The notes: generated from the sequence alone by a model not told the origin. DNA of 32,000 bases from Aliivibrio fischeri ES114 (GCF_000011805.1 NC_006841.2), one strand, 5' to 3'. Shown: positions 1 through 10,000, numbered from the stretch's first letter. Made by a program: numbers and translations.

Positions 1-159
1 AAGCCGCTTGTTTGGGCAATGATCACTGGCGTACAAAAGAAACTTACAGAACATCAAATGTCATCAAATCTAGTGTTTGTATCAAATAAGCGTGCATTAT
101 TAGTGCTAATTGCAACAGGATTAGTTACCATTGCAATAGTTGTAAGCGCAGGAGTTTGA
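1..159 (+). CDS. 3' end of an ORF entering from the left edge; product unknown, with a hydrophobic C-terminal tail
   Basis: Frame +1 is open from base 1 to TGA at 157-159. My translation: KPLVWAMITGVQKKLTEHQMSSNLVFVSNKRALLVLIATGLVTIAIVVSAGV*. It is absent from the ORF track because it has no in-window start. The stop overlaps TTG 156 and lies 6 nt before ATG 165 of the next gene. Confidence 0.35.
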   Translation, partial: KPLVWAMITGVQKKLTEHQMSSNLVFVSNKRALLVLIATGLVTIAIVVSAGV

Positions 160-164
160 ACACA

Positions 165-590
165 ATGGAAGAATTTGATCGTCAAAGTAGCTTTGGTTGG
201 ATGATAAATGTCATTGCTAATCAAGCATCAAAACGTTTCGAAACAGAATTAAAACAGCACGGCTTAACTGTTGCGCTGTGGCCAACCATGATGTGCCTAT
301 GGGAAGAGGAAGGAGTAACTCAACGTGATATTGCTGAAAAGTCAAAAGTGGAAAACTCCACAACCACTCGAACATTAGATAAGTTAGAAAAACTTGGTCT
401 TGTTGAACGACAAGCAGATCCCAATAGTCGTCGTTCCTTTCGAATTTACTTAACTGATGAAGGTCGAGCATTAAAAGAAACCCTTTTGCCAATCCCTATT
501 AAAGTAAATAAAGAAATACTTAGCTCTCTTGATCTAAATGAGCAAAAAGAGATGATTCGACTACTGCAAAAAATGGTCGCAGCTGTATAA
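165..590 (+). CDS. MarR-family transcriptional regulator, EctR/CosR-like by position next to the ectoine operon
   Basis: Winged-helix MarR core (GLTVALWPTMMCLWEEEGVTQRDIAEKSKVENSTTTRTLDKLEKLGLVERQADPNSRRSFRIYLTDEG). The ORF track starts at TTG 156. I prefer ATG 165 because AGGAG at 150-154 sits 10 nt upstream of it. The gene lies directly upstream of ectABC-ask. Confidence 0.85.
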   Translation: MEEFDRQSSFGWMINVIANQASKRFETELKQHGLTVALWPTMMCLWEEEGVTQRDIAEKSKVENSTTTRTLDKLEKLGLVERQADPNSRRSFRIYLTDEGRALKETLLPIPIKVNKEILSSLDLNEQKEMIRLLQKMVAAV

Positions 591-611
591 ATATTACTCT
601 TTTAAACTAAT

Positions 612-642
612 AAATAGCCCAAATCATCATGGGCTATTTTTG
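612..642 (+). terminator. Rho-independent terminator after the MarR gene
   Basis: aaatagccca (612-621) pairs with tgggctattt (630-639), leaving an 8-nt loop, and runs into a T tract. Confidence 0.7.
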
Positions 643-720
643 TATCTACGCCACCTTCATATCCAAATCAAAGCCCTCACAGATACTAAGAGAACTAATC
701 TATTTTTCTCTATTTATTAT

Positions 721-771
721 TTTAGCAATCGAAGCTAAACGTGATTTAGATCGCATTTAATTAGGCCTAAT
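721..771. promoter_or_regulatory. Candidate operator palindromes in the ectA upstream region
   Basis: Inverted repeat tttagc-N7-gctaaa (721-739) and a perfect 12-bp palindrome attaggcctaat (760-771), both between the MarR terminator and ectA. MarR-type repressors bind palindromes. Binding is not demonstrated. Confidence 0.25.
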
Positions 772-853
772 CGTCTTTTTTGCGCCATTAATTTGCTTTT
801 CAACTGCTAAAAATGCCCATAATAAAAAGGAATTTAATTAGAGTACAAAGGAT

Positions 854-1411
854 ATGTATTTACATATGGCTATCGCAGCGCCCAGAATCTTGTGTCCAGA
901 TATGGATTCTGACACAACAAAAAAATGGATTTTTCGAGAACCTTCGAGGACAGACGGTGACGATGTTTACGCATTGATCACCGAGTGTCCTCCTCTTGAT
1001 ATAAACTCTTCATACTGCAACTTTCTTCAAGCTACTCATTTCAGTAAAACCTGCGTTTTGGCAGAGAAAGATGGCGATCTCGCTGGCTTTATCTCTGGGT
1101 ATCAAGAACCTGATGAACCGAATACGCTGTTCATATGGCAAGTCGCCGTCTCCCCACGTTACCGAGGTAAAGGTTTAGCGTTTTCTATGCTAACCACGCT
1201 TTTAGAGCGAAAAAACCTTCTGCATATCGAATTTATAGAAACCACAATAACCAAAGCAAATAACGCCTCTTGGTCACTATTTAAAAAAATTGATGCCCAA
1301 TATGGAAATCAAGGGCAAGTCACTACGTTTCTAGATAAAGAATCACACTTTAAAGGCAAGCACGATACAGAGTATTTGTATCGTATCCCTCTAAAATCTT
1401 CACAAAAATAG
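854..1411 (+). CDS. ectA: L-2,4-diaminobutyrate acetyltransferase
   Basis: GNAT core with EctA-typical KKWIFREPSRTDGDDVYALITECPPLDINSSYCNFLQATHF and WQVAVSPRYRGKGLA. It is the first gene of the ectABC order. The start is ambiguous: ATG at 854, 866 or 902. Confidence 0.9.
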   Translation: MYLHMAIAAPRILCPDMDSDTTKKWIFREPSRTDGDDVYALITECPPLDINSSYCNFLQATHFSKTCVLAEKDGDLAGFISGYQEPDEPNTLFIWQVAVSPRYRGKGLAFSMLTTLLERKNLLHIEFIETTITKANNASWSLFKKIDAQYGNQGQVTTFLDKESHFKGKHDTEYLYRIPLKSSQK

Positions 1412-1431
1412 GAATCATAAACGGACTCATC

Positions 1432-2697
1432 ATGAATATTTTCAAGAAGCAAGAATCACAAGTGCGCTCATACTCAAACAATTTCCCAGTTGTTTTTCAA
1501 AAAGCAAAAGGCAGCTGGCTAGAAACTGAAAATGGAGAGCGTTACCTAGACTTCCTTGCCGGAGCCGGATCACTTAACTACGGTCACAACAACCCAGTCT
1601 TAAAGCAAGCTTTACTTGAATACATCGAAAACGACGGTATCACTCATGGCTTAGACATGCACTCTAGTGCAAAAGCCACATTTTTAAATGCCCTGAGCCG
1701 TTATATTCTCGAACCAAGAAACCTAGAATACAAGGTACAGTTCACGGGACCTACAGGTACCAATGCTGTTGAGGCCGCTTTAAAACTGGCACGAAAAGTC
1801 ACTAACCGAACCAATATTGTCGCGTTCACTAATGGCTTTCATGGTTGTACAGCCGGAGCACTGGCGGCAACGGGGAATCAACACCATCGCCAAGGTGCCG
1901 GTGTTAGCTTAAGCAATATTACACGCATTCCTTTTGAAGGTTATGCTGATATCGATGGACTTAACCTGTTTGAGACCATGCTATCTGACAATTCAAGCGG
2001 TTTAGATAAACCCGCTGCGGTACTTTTAGAAACCGTACAAGGTGAAGGCGGTTTAAACGTCGCTTCAAATGAATGGCTACAACGTCTAAGTAAGATCTGT
2101 AAAGCCAACGACATTCTAATGATTGTTGATGATATTCAAGCGGGTTGTGGACGTACTGGTACTTTCTTTAGTTTTGAGTCATCTGGCATTAAACCAGACA
2201 TGGTAACTCTATCAAAATCCATTGGTGGCTACGGCTTACCAATGGCAGTTGTCTTACTAAAACCTGAATTAGATGAATGGAAACCTGGTGAACATAACGG
2301 TACTTTCCGTGGTAACAACCATGCCTTTATTACTGCAGCAAAAGCGCTTGAAATTTATTGGGCGAACGATAACTTTGAAAACCACATAAAACAATCGTCT
2401 AGCAAAGTAAGCGACGTAATTCTTCGCACCATTAAACGTCACCCTAAGTTATTTGTTCAACAGAAAGGTCGTGGCATGATGATTGGCATTGAATGTAAAG
2501 ATGGCATTATCTCAAGTGATATTGCAAAAACCTGCTTTGAAAACGGAATGGTAATTGAAACCGCTGGTCCTGATGACGAAGTGGTTAAATTCTTTTGTCC
2601 ATTAACCATTACTGAATCAGAGTTAGACCAAGGATTGGCTATCTTTGAAGACGCCGTTGATAGCATTGCAGCAAAACATTTTAAAAAAGCATCTTAA
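1432..2697 (+). CDS. ectB: Diaminobutyrate-2-oxoglutarate transaminase
   Basis: 421-aa class-III aminotransferase ([15 protein letters not shown]..., [29 protein letters not shown] containing the PLP lysine). It lies between ectA and ectC. Confidence 0.93.
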   Translation: MNIFKKQESQVRSYSNNFPVVFQKAKGSWLETENGERYLDFLAGAGSLNYGHNNPVLKQALLEYIENDGITHGLDMHSSAKATFLNALSRYILEPRNLEYKVQFTGPTGTNAVEAALKLARKVTNRTNIVAFTNGFHGCTAGALAATGNQHHRQGAGVSLSNITRIPFEGYADIDGLNLFETMLSDNSSGLDKPAAVLLETVQGEGGLNVASNEWLQRLSKICKANDILMIVDDIQAGCGRTGTFFSFESSGIKPDMVTLSKSIGGYGLPMAVVLLKPELDEWKPGEHNGTFRGNNHAFITAAKALEIYWANDNFENHIKQSSSKVSDVILRTIKRHPKLFVQQKGRGMMIGIECKDGIISSDIAKTCFENGMVIETAGPDDEVVKFFCPLTITESELDQGLAIFEDAVDSIAAKHFKKAS

Positions 2698-2711
2698 TCA
2701 AGGAAGATACG

Positions 2712-3098
2712 ATGATAGTAAGAACATTAGATGAATGTCGCGACAGCGAACGACGTGTAGCATCTGAAACATGGGAAAGCGTAAGAATGTTGTTGAAAAA
2801 TGACAACATGGGTTTCTCTTTTCATATCACGACCATCTATCAAGATACTGAAACACACATCCATTACAAAAACCATTTAGAGTCCGTCTATTGCATGAGT
2901 GGTGAGGGTGAGATTGAAGTGGTTGGAGGGGAGACTTACCCCATAAAACCAGGAACATTATACATTCTTGATAAACACGACGAGCATTATTTACGAGCGT
3001 ATAAAGATAAAGAAATGGTGATGGCGTGCGTTTTCAACCCTCCGATTACGGGTGCCGAAGTTCATGATGAAAACGGTGTTTATCCTGTTCTCGATTAA
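2712..3098 (+). CDS. ectC: L-ectoine synthase
   Basis: 128-aa cupin starting MIVRTLDEC...[23 protein letters not shown], which is typical of EctC. It follows ectB by 14 nt. Confidence 0.93.
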   Translation: MIVRTLDECRDSERRVASETWESVRMLLKNDNMGFSFHITTIYQDTETHIHYKNHLESVYCMSGEGEIEVVGGETYPIKPGTLYILDKHDEHYLRAYKDKEMVMACVFNPPITGAEVHDENGVYPVLD

Positions 3099-3130
3099 CT
3101 CACACTCTTAATTAACCACAACCTTCCCCT

Positions 3131-3162
3131 ATCAACCTGAATAATCCATCGTTCAGGTTGAT
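3131..3162 (+). other. Intercistronic hairpin between ectC and ask
   Basis: atcaacctgaa (3131-3141) pairs with ttcaggttgat (3152-3162): 11 bp perfect with a 10-nt loop and no following T tract. This suggests mRNA processing, stability or partial attenuation rather than a full terminator. Confidence 0.5.
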
Positions 3163-3186
3163 ACAAAAGTCAAAAAGGACTTACTC

Positions 3187-4614
3187 ATGACTTATACCGT
3201 AGAAAAAATCGGCGGTACCTCAATGACTGCATTTGATGCCGTTTTAGATAATATTTTTCTTCGCCCTAAAGACCCATATAATCGTGTTTTTGTTGTCTCA
3301 GCTTATGGTGGTATTACCGATTCACTTTTAGAATGTAAAAAAACCAGTAAGCCGGGTGTTTACCAACTTATAGCCAAACGTGATGATAAATGGGAAGAAG
3401 CATTAGAATACGTTGAAAAGCGTATGCTCTTAACCAACGAACATATCTTCATTGACCCAATGAACCGCATCAGAGCAGATAAATTCATTTGCTCTCGAAT
3501 CAAGCAAGCAAAAAACTGTATCGCTAATATTTTAGAAACTTGTCAATATGGTCAATTCTCCTTACGTCGTTACTTACCCCAAGTTCGTGAGTTTCTCTCA
3601 TCTATTGGTGAGGCACACAGCGCCTTCAATACCGCGCTGAAACTAAAAACCATGGGGATTAATGCTAAGTTTGTTGACCTATCCGGTTGGGATAATCAAC
3701 CACCTCGTTCATTAGATGACACCATCATCAACGTATTTAAAGATATTGATGTAACCAAAGAACTGCCAATTGTCACCGGTTACGCCTACTGCCAAGAAGG
3801 GTTAATGGGGACATATGATCGAGGTTATAGTGAAATGACCTTTAGCCGTATAGCCTCACTGACTCAAGCCGATCTAGCCATTATCCATAAAGAATATCAC
3901 CTAAGCTCAGCGGATCCTCGTGTTGTTGGTACAGACAAAGTATTTCCAATTGGACGAACTAATTATGATGTGGCCGATCAACTTGCTAACTTAGGAATGG
4001 AAGCTATCCACCCTAATGCGGCTGCAGGTCTTCGAGAAAGTAACATTGAAATCCAAATTAAAAATACCTTTGAACCTAAACACAAAGGCACATTGATCTC
4101 ATCGGATTATCAGCCAGAAACAGACAAAGTTGAAATCATTGCAGGTAAAGAGAAAGTATTTGCTTTACATCTTTTTGATCAAACCATGGTTGGTCAAGTC
4201 GATAACGTTAGTTATGAGCTCATGGAAATCATCTCCGATGCGCACGTTAACTTAATCGGTAAAGAAATGAACGCCAACTCGATTACCTATTACCTCGGTG
4301 GCAATACTGAGAGCTTAAATAAAGTGTTATACAAAACCGAAAAACGTTATCCAAACGCCTCAATCAAAGGTCGTATGGTGGCATTAATCGCTGTCATCGG
4401 TTCACAGATTGACACCAATAAAGCACTCGCAAAAGGGGTATTATCATTAATGAACAGTGACGTAACGCCTGTTGCTTTGCACTCCTCTATGCGTAATGTA
4501 AACGTACAGTTTGTTGTCAGCGATAAAGACTATCAAAATGCGATTAAAGCACTCCATCACGAGTTTTGTGAAGAAGTACCAGCAAAACAAGTAAAAACGA
4601 GTCAAGTTGCTTAG
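3187..4614 (+). CDS. ask: Ectoine-cluster-associated aspartokinase (Ask_ect / LysC-type)
   Basis: N-terminus MTYTVEKIGGTSM, a kinase core, and C-terminal ACT-like repeats. Its position after ectC matches the known ectABC-ask arrangement. Confidence 0.9.
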   Translation: MTYTVEKIGGTSMTAFDAVLDNIFLRPKDPYNRVFVVSAYGGITDSLLECKKTSKPGVYQLIAKRDDKWEEALEYVEKRMLLTNEHIFIDPMNRIRADKFICSRIKQAKNCIANILETCQYGQFSLRRYLPQVREFLSSIGEAHSAFNTALKLKTMGINAKFVDLSGWDNQPPRSLDDTIINVFKDIDVTKELPIVTGYAYCQEGLMGTYDRGYSEMTFSRIASLTQADLAIIHKEYHLSSADPRVVGTDKVFPIGRTNYDVADQLANLGMEAIHPNAAAGLRESNIEIQIKNTFEPKHKGTLISSDYQPETDKVEIIAGKEKVFALHLFDQTMVGQVDNVSYELMEIISDAHVNLIGKEMNANSITYYLGGNTESLNKVLYKTEKRYPNASIKGRMVALIAVIGSQIDTNKALAKGVLSLMNSDVTPVALHSSMRNVNVQFVVSDKDYQNAIKALHHEFCEEVPAKQVKTSQVA

Positions 4615-4626
4615 TTCATTAACTAT

Positions 4627-4666
4627 ATACCAATCCAGATAATGATTAGATTATTTGGATTGGTAT
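4627..4666 (+). terminator. Long hairpin terminating the ect operon
   Basis: ataccaatcca (4627-4637) pairs with tggattggtat (4656-4666), with further imperfect pairing inside. Composition switches to very AT-rich DNA immediately afterwards. Confidence 0.6.
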
Positions 4667-5003
4667 TAATAATTCCCTGCGTCTTAGATAGTTAACATAG
4701 AGAAATTAATCTACAACTCAATAAAATCCACTATTATTAATCTTACAAATGCTTATTTAGTTATTTTAAATATAAGCAAAAGTTATAGCAAATATAAACA
4801 AAAAACAAAGTTAACTCTTGACAATAAATATTACAAAAGAAATAAACATCTTAAATGTAAATGCATACCTCGACTTTCATACATTACTTAAATGCAAAAT
4901 AAAATACTATATTAGAGTAATCATTCAGTTAATTCCATCAATAGGCATTTCATTAAGAAAATAAAATACCACTTGCTCAATACTTACTAAATATTAGCCA
5001 TAT

Positions 5004-5031
5004 TTGACAATGAAAAATTAAATATTAATGT
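5004..5031 (+). promoter_or_regulatory. Candidate sigma70 promoter for the AraC-type gene
   Basis: TTGACA at 5004-5009, a 16-nt spacer, then TAATGT at 5026-5031, about 37 nt upstream of ATG 5068. Matches like this arise easily by chance in AT-rich DNA. Confidence 0.25.
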
Positions 5032-5067
5032 AAAACTTTATATTAAATTTTAATCATTGGTTTTTTT

Positions 5068-5958
5068 ATGCCTTATACTTTTATTGATAATATAGAAAAT
5101 AATTATTACCAAATTATTTTTAAAAAACACATTCACATGGCTTATATTTCAGGGAAAAAGTTAATAAGCATATATTCACTAAATGATGAATCTATAAATT
5201 CCGACATAGAAAAATTTCATTTTGATTCATTTGGTAAATATGGAGACATCATAATAATTAATGGGGACACACCTATTGACAAATACATCAAACAAGCAGA
5301 GGTGTTAATAAAAAGCAACAAGAAATCTATTTTCATAATTAATAAAATAAATTCATGCAGTAAAGAAAATATTATAAAACTTAGAGATTTTGTACAAAAA
5401 TTAAAATCAGATGACAATATAAAATTCATCCTCCCTTTTACAGATGACACAGTAAGAAGAGGAATGATAAATATTTTACTATCTGACGAGTTTTTTAATA
5501 TATGTATACCACACCCAGACTATAGTAACGACATACAATCGAATAAAAACCAACCTGAAAATGATGATTCATTAATAAAAAGCATACTTAGATCTGAAGA
5601 AGATATAGAAAAACTGAAAACCTATCACTCTTCACTATATTTAGCAATTTCTTATATTAATAAAAATTATTCTGACGATATTACATTAGAAGAGGTAGCA
5701 AAAGCTTCTTATGTTAGTCCTTCTCATCTATCGTATTTATTCCGGAAAAAATTAAATACGAAATTTAAAAAAGTTCTTTTCATTTTAAGATTAAACAAGG
5801 CTAAAGAGATAATAATGAATAACCCTAGAATGACATTAACAAACATTGCTATTCAAGTTGGTTTTTATGACTTAAGTCATTTTGGAAAAGTATATCGCAA
5901 ATATGAAGGAGTCAATGTTAGTGAGATAAGAAACAATATTATTTACAATTTATTATAA
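5068..5958 (+). CDS. AraC/XylS-family transcriptional regulator with an unrecognised N-terminal domain
   Basis: C-terminal dual HTH: ITLEEVAKASYVSPSHLSYLFRKKLNTKFKKVLFILRLNKAKEIIMNNPRMTLTNIAIQVGFYDLSHFGKVYRKYEGV. The N-terminal ~180 aa match no family I recognise. The gene is about 25% GC. Confidence 0.85.
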   Translation: MPYTFIDNIENNYYQIIFKKHIHMAYISGKKLISIYSLNDESINSDIEKFHFDSFGKYGDIIIINGDTPIDKYIKQAEVLIKSNKKSIFIINKINSCSKENIIKLRDFVQKLKSDDNIKFILPFTDDTVRRGMINILLSDEFFNICIPHPDYSNDIQSNKNQPENDDSLIKSILRSEEDIEKLKTYHSSLYLAISYINKNYSDDITLEEVAKASYVSPSHLSYLFRKKLNTKFKKVLFILRLNKAKEIIMNNPRMTLTNIAIQVGFYDLSHFGKVYRKYEGVNVSEIRNNIIYNLL

Positions 5959-5996
5959 TTTAAATCATTAACTTACGTTTAATAAGAGGAAAAATT

Positions 5997-6260
5997 ATGG
6001 CTAATATCGTTAATGAAAAAACAACAGATTCAGTTACTCAAATAAATACAGAAAGCGTCGGAGGAATTCCCTCAATGGCTATGAATAATTTTATAATGGC
6101 AATAAATACAGCCATTAGTAATGGGAATCAAAATGCAGCAATATCTCAACAACAGGGGCAAATGTTAATGCAAGCTTCTACGACACAAGGAATCAATGCT
6201 ATCAATGCCATATCTTCAGCATCAATATCTAAAGCCACAGAAGCTATTCTAGATAAATAA
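5997..6260 (+). CDS. Divergent RebB-family (R-body / killing-trait) protein
   Basis: TTDSVTQINTESVGGIPSMAMNNFIMAINTAISNGNQNAAISQQQGQMLMQASTTQGINAI aligns along its whole length with the six tandem copies (ITDSVTQVNTKVVGETPAMAMGNLLMSTSHALSNTAHNATAAQQQGQITMQAATVQGVNSL). SD aagagga lies upstream. Confidence 0.75.
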   Translation: MANIVNEKTTDSVTQINTESVGGIPSMAMNNFIMAINTAISNGNQNAAISQQQGQMLMQASTTQGINAINAISSASISKATEAILDK

Positions 6261-6272
6261 TAGGACTATATT

Positions 6273-6545
6273 ATGAATAAACCAGCAAGCCCGATTGAAA
6301 GTGCTAAGAATAATGCAACACAATCCATTGCTCATTCATCTGCAATGGCTCTTTCTGATGCAACAGACAACTTAAGAAACTTATCTTCAATTGGAACTAC
6401 CGCCATTGGTGTTGCACTAAGCCAATTTATAGAAACAGGTGATTCAAAATACTTAGATGGTATAGATAAAGCAGGAGAAGTTGTAACACAAGCAATAAAT
6501 AACTTTTCAGAAATTGGAACTAAAGTAAAAGAAAATATTGAGTAA
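6273..6545 (+). CDS. Small reb-associated protein, family X; possibly a very divergent Reb or an assembly factor
   Basis: Paralog of 24646-24921 (SIAHSSAMALSDATDNLRNLSSIGTTAIGVALSQFIETGD against SIAIQDAADNIRNVTDISNTASGVALSKLLEGGD). SD agga sits 8 nt upstream. Conservation between the two copies argues that the gene is real. Confidence 0.6.
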   Translation: MNKPASPIESAKNNATQSIAHSSAMALSDATDNLRNLSSIGTTAIGVALSQFIETGDSKYLDGIDKAGEVVTQAINNFSEIGTKVKENIE

Positions 6546-6555
6546 TATTAATAAC

Positions 6556-6600
6556 ATTGGCTATTCATATATTTATGATGAAAATCACTGAATAGCCAAT
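6556..6600 (+). terminator. Perfect 12-bp hairpin between the X and Y genes (attenuator or terminator)
   Basis: attggctattca (6556-6567) pairs with tgaatagccaat (6589-6600) around a 21-nt loop, followed by the AT-rich ttataataattt. Confidence 0.45.
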
Positions 6601-6630
6601 TTATAATAATTTATATTTAATGAGAAGATA

Positions 6631-6828
6631 ATGGAAAAGAAATCTGATTCAAACAAAAATATTTACTCACCACAGGAAACAACTCTATCCGAAAGTACAT
6701 TTAGTGAAACAATGGGCCTAGCAATGCATAATGCTATCGCTAACCAACAACAATCCCAAATAACAACCTCATTCACCGTCGCAAAAACTTGTGCACTTAT
6801 TTTATCTACCGCTACAAAAATGCCTTAA
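6631..6828 (+). CDS. Short RebB-family-related protein, family Y
   Basis: ETTLSESTFSETMGLAMHNAIANQQQSQITTS is paralogous to 24336-24614 (ETTLSETIGLSMHNLVANQQQSQVTTA). It matches the central Reb motif (ALSNTAHNATAAQQQGQITMQ) of the tandem copies. Confidence 0.6.
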   Translation: MEKKSDSNKNIYSPQETTLSESTFSETMGLAMHNAIANQQQSQITTSFTVAKTCALILSTATKMP

Positions 6829-7006
6829 CATCAATTCTTATTATATAACTCATCATCTAAAACACTTTAAACCAACTCTATCAAATAATCTCCATATACT
6901 TATAATAATATGAATCATTTAATTTCACACTATCTATGCTTTCATATCTTAAATAAACCATTATGGTTATCTCATAAATTTTAAACAAATTACGAATAAT
7001 ATATTA

Positions 7007-7041
7007 GCCATCTGGTTCGACATTTATCAGCCCCAGATGGC
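7007..7041. terminator. Hairpin between convergent genes (family Y gene and giant ORF)
   Basis: gccatctgg (7007-7015) pairs with ccagatggc (7033-7041): a 9-bp stem with a 17-nt loop, placed between the stop at 6828 (+) and the stop at 7088 (-). Confidence 0.4.
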
Positions 7042-7087
7042 CAGTTATTTCCTTATCTTATTAGGAAAATTTATTATCAATATATAT

Positions 7088-10000
7088 TTATGATTTAATA
7101 AAAGGATCATCATGCAGCGCATGAGCAACCCATTCTTTATTGAGTGAAGTCACTCTAAGCTCTAATACTTGCTCATTTTCTTGTATGGCTTCATCTGGGC
7201 GTTTAATGATTTCCACCAAATTGCTAAACGGTTCTCCAGTATAGAAAAAAGCCTTATCATATTGCCCAGCACGACTAAGTGCTCCTATAATTTCAATTAA
7301 ATTAATATTATCCATATTTTTAAGTAGAAGAATATTAATAGGCTCTTTTCCTACACTAGTTCGTTGCCTAGCTATTGATAAGGCCGATTCGAATGAATGC
7401 GAATTCAAACTACGAGAAATATAAAGCGTCCTACTTGAGCACTCCCCATAACGATCCTTTTGTAAAATAATATCCCCTTGGCCATTATTATATTGACGAA
7501 TTAATGGATCAGAATTTTCAGCATATCTTCGAGCAGTATCAAAGACATTCATACCTACGTCAGTATCTGTAACTTCTCCTTTCTCGAGTGTTGGTAAAGG
7601 GTCAAAGACACGATGACGTTCAAGATCTTGAGCTTGAAAGTAATCAATAATACCTCGAACTTTGCAGTAAGCAGAATCATCACCTCTTGTATATATCTCT
7701 CTCCCTACTATTACACTCAATATAGTAGAATCGACCGATTGGTAATTCACTACACCTGAATTACTCGAAACCAGACCCAAATCCCTTTCAGATTGAAGAG
7801 TCACTAACTCCCTTTCTAATTGACCAGCGAAAGAATTGTCAAACTCTTCTTCATTTGGCTTAGAAAATGGGGTTAAAAAATAAGTTGGAGGAGCTGCTTT
7901 ATTCGTTATTTTTATCATAGCTCTAGCAGGTAATCCCATAGCTACAAGTTCTTGCGCCAATGGGCCTACATTAGAATATTCACCATTAGCAAATTCACCA
8001 ATATAAGCCACTCCATTAATATGTAATGTGTCAGATTCACTTAAATCATGTAAGTTTGTTTTGCCGACAGAATAAAGATATTGAAGATCTGGTTCCAATG
8101 TAGAACTAGCTATAGAACCGTATGTTTCTGTTAAGATTCGTTGAAAACCTTGAACTTGCTCTCTATTTTTAAACACTATCTCAAAAGGAGCTGCATTAGT
8201 TCGCTTAAGGTGACGAAGCAAAGGAATAAATCGTGAGTTAATCAGTTCACGATTAAGTGATGGGAAATACACATATTTAGTTCCAACCGTCGATTCTTGA
8301 GGCACAAAGCCAGATACATTTTCTTCAGCTTCCAAGATATCATTCGAACTCTTATATGTATCGTAATCAATTAAACCTTCTTGAACCATGGCAGCTAGTG
8401 CTTGTTTGTATTGCACATTTTCTGAAACTTGTTTTACAGTAGTAAAGGTAAAAACAGCTTCAGGATTTTCGGCAAAATACCGCTCAAATGCGGCCACACG
8501 AGTATCATTCATCATATGTTTACCATGACTTGCCGATACATTTATTCCTATTTCATCGGAATCTCCTAAAGCAAGTTGAAAATCAGAACCATTAACTTGA
8601 TAAAAACAAACACCACTTTCGTTTACATGTACGTAAACTATATGATCATAATGAACTAAATCATCAGAGCCTACTTCGCCAACATGGAGAAAACCTGATT
8701 CTTTAAACATACTACGATCAAAATGTCTTTGGTGCCTTCCTTCCAATTCAAAAACAGCCTGGTAATTATCCGACATCATAATTTGTCCAGCTTCATCTCT
8801 TTTCGCTATAACCCTATGCAACTGTTCAGCGACTTTTGGACTGATTGTCCCAGCTTGTTCTGCGTCATTAAATGCACCTGTATAGCAAATACGGCTGTAA
8901 CTTGAATCTCGATTACTTGCTCTATTAATTCGTTGATCCAACTCAGACAAGGCTAAAGGCGCATTTCGACTGTCAAGACGGAAAATAGCTTCTTCTTTCC
9001 AACTTCCTCGACGCCATGTCGCACCAGAGTCTAATGAAACTAAGAACACACCTTCCTGTATTTTTCCTTGCTTGTAGCGAGAGAAATATTTGATCTGTCC
9101 ATTTCCACCATCAAGTATGGAGCTACTTCCTTCAAATGTTCCTTGCGCAAATGCAGTACTCGGCTCAGCTTCAAAAAACGTTTTACGAACATTACCAATT
9201 AATGAACCAATATATTGATCGTATCCAGACTGGTGATACCAACGGGATGAAGATAATACTTTGGCATCTTTAATATATCGAAAGCCTGAAAATTCATCAT
9301 TTGATTTAAAAGGTGCACTTGAAAAATGTGGTACCTCTGCAATTTTTACTAACATCATTCGTTTGTTGCTCAAGGGAGCTTGATAGGTTGCAACCCAATT
9401 CTCATATGTATCCAATACAGGTGTTGAAATATTCAATTTGTTAGAGAATTGATGGGCAGTAGGATCCAATACCAACTCAATCCCATTAAACTTAGTCATC
9501 ACTACCCAGTGATTCATATACGAGTCAGCATTCCTACCGTGTGCACCTTCCCAAAATGCCATATTCCCAAGACGAACATCACTATAACTAGGGTGTGCTT
9601 TCAACGTATCTACAATCTCTCGAGCTGCATTTTCACAATTTTCAAGAGGCGTACTTTGGTATTTTTGATACGTAGCCTTAACAATTTCAGCAGTATGATC
9701 AACCGCACTCTGTTCAAATTGGCTTCTTGGTTTTATCGTTTTATTTCCTAAAAACTCATTACTTCTAAGAGGTAAAGAGTCTTTACTACTTGAGGCATTC
9801 GTTACTTCATTTGAAGAGTTTTCAGGATAAAATACTCTATGGGAAGCTGGTTTAAAGTCGTCTTTTGCCAATAATTGTCTTAGCTTATTCGCTTCACTTG
9901 TTAATTCTAAGCTAGGATCCTCCAATACAGAGGTATTAATCTGAAGCTTTCGGTTCGAGTAAGCAATAACTGGACGACCAATTTCATCTGCTAAGCTTTG

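Noticed and set aside
4991-7011. Shared 11-mer atattagccat at 4991-5001 and 7001-7011, considered as possible att or terminal repeats
   Set aside because: An 11-nt AT-rich match is expected many times by chance in 32 kb. The two sites do not flank the island or any coherent unit.
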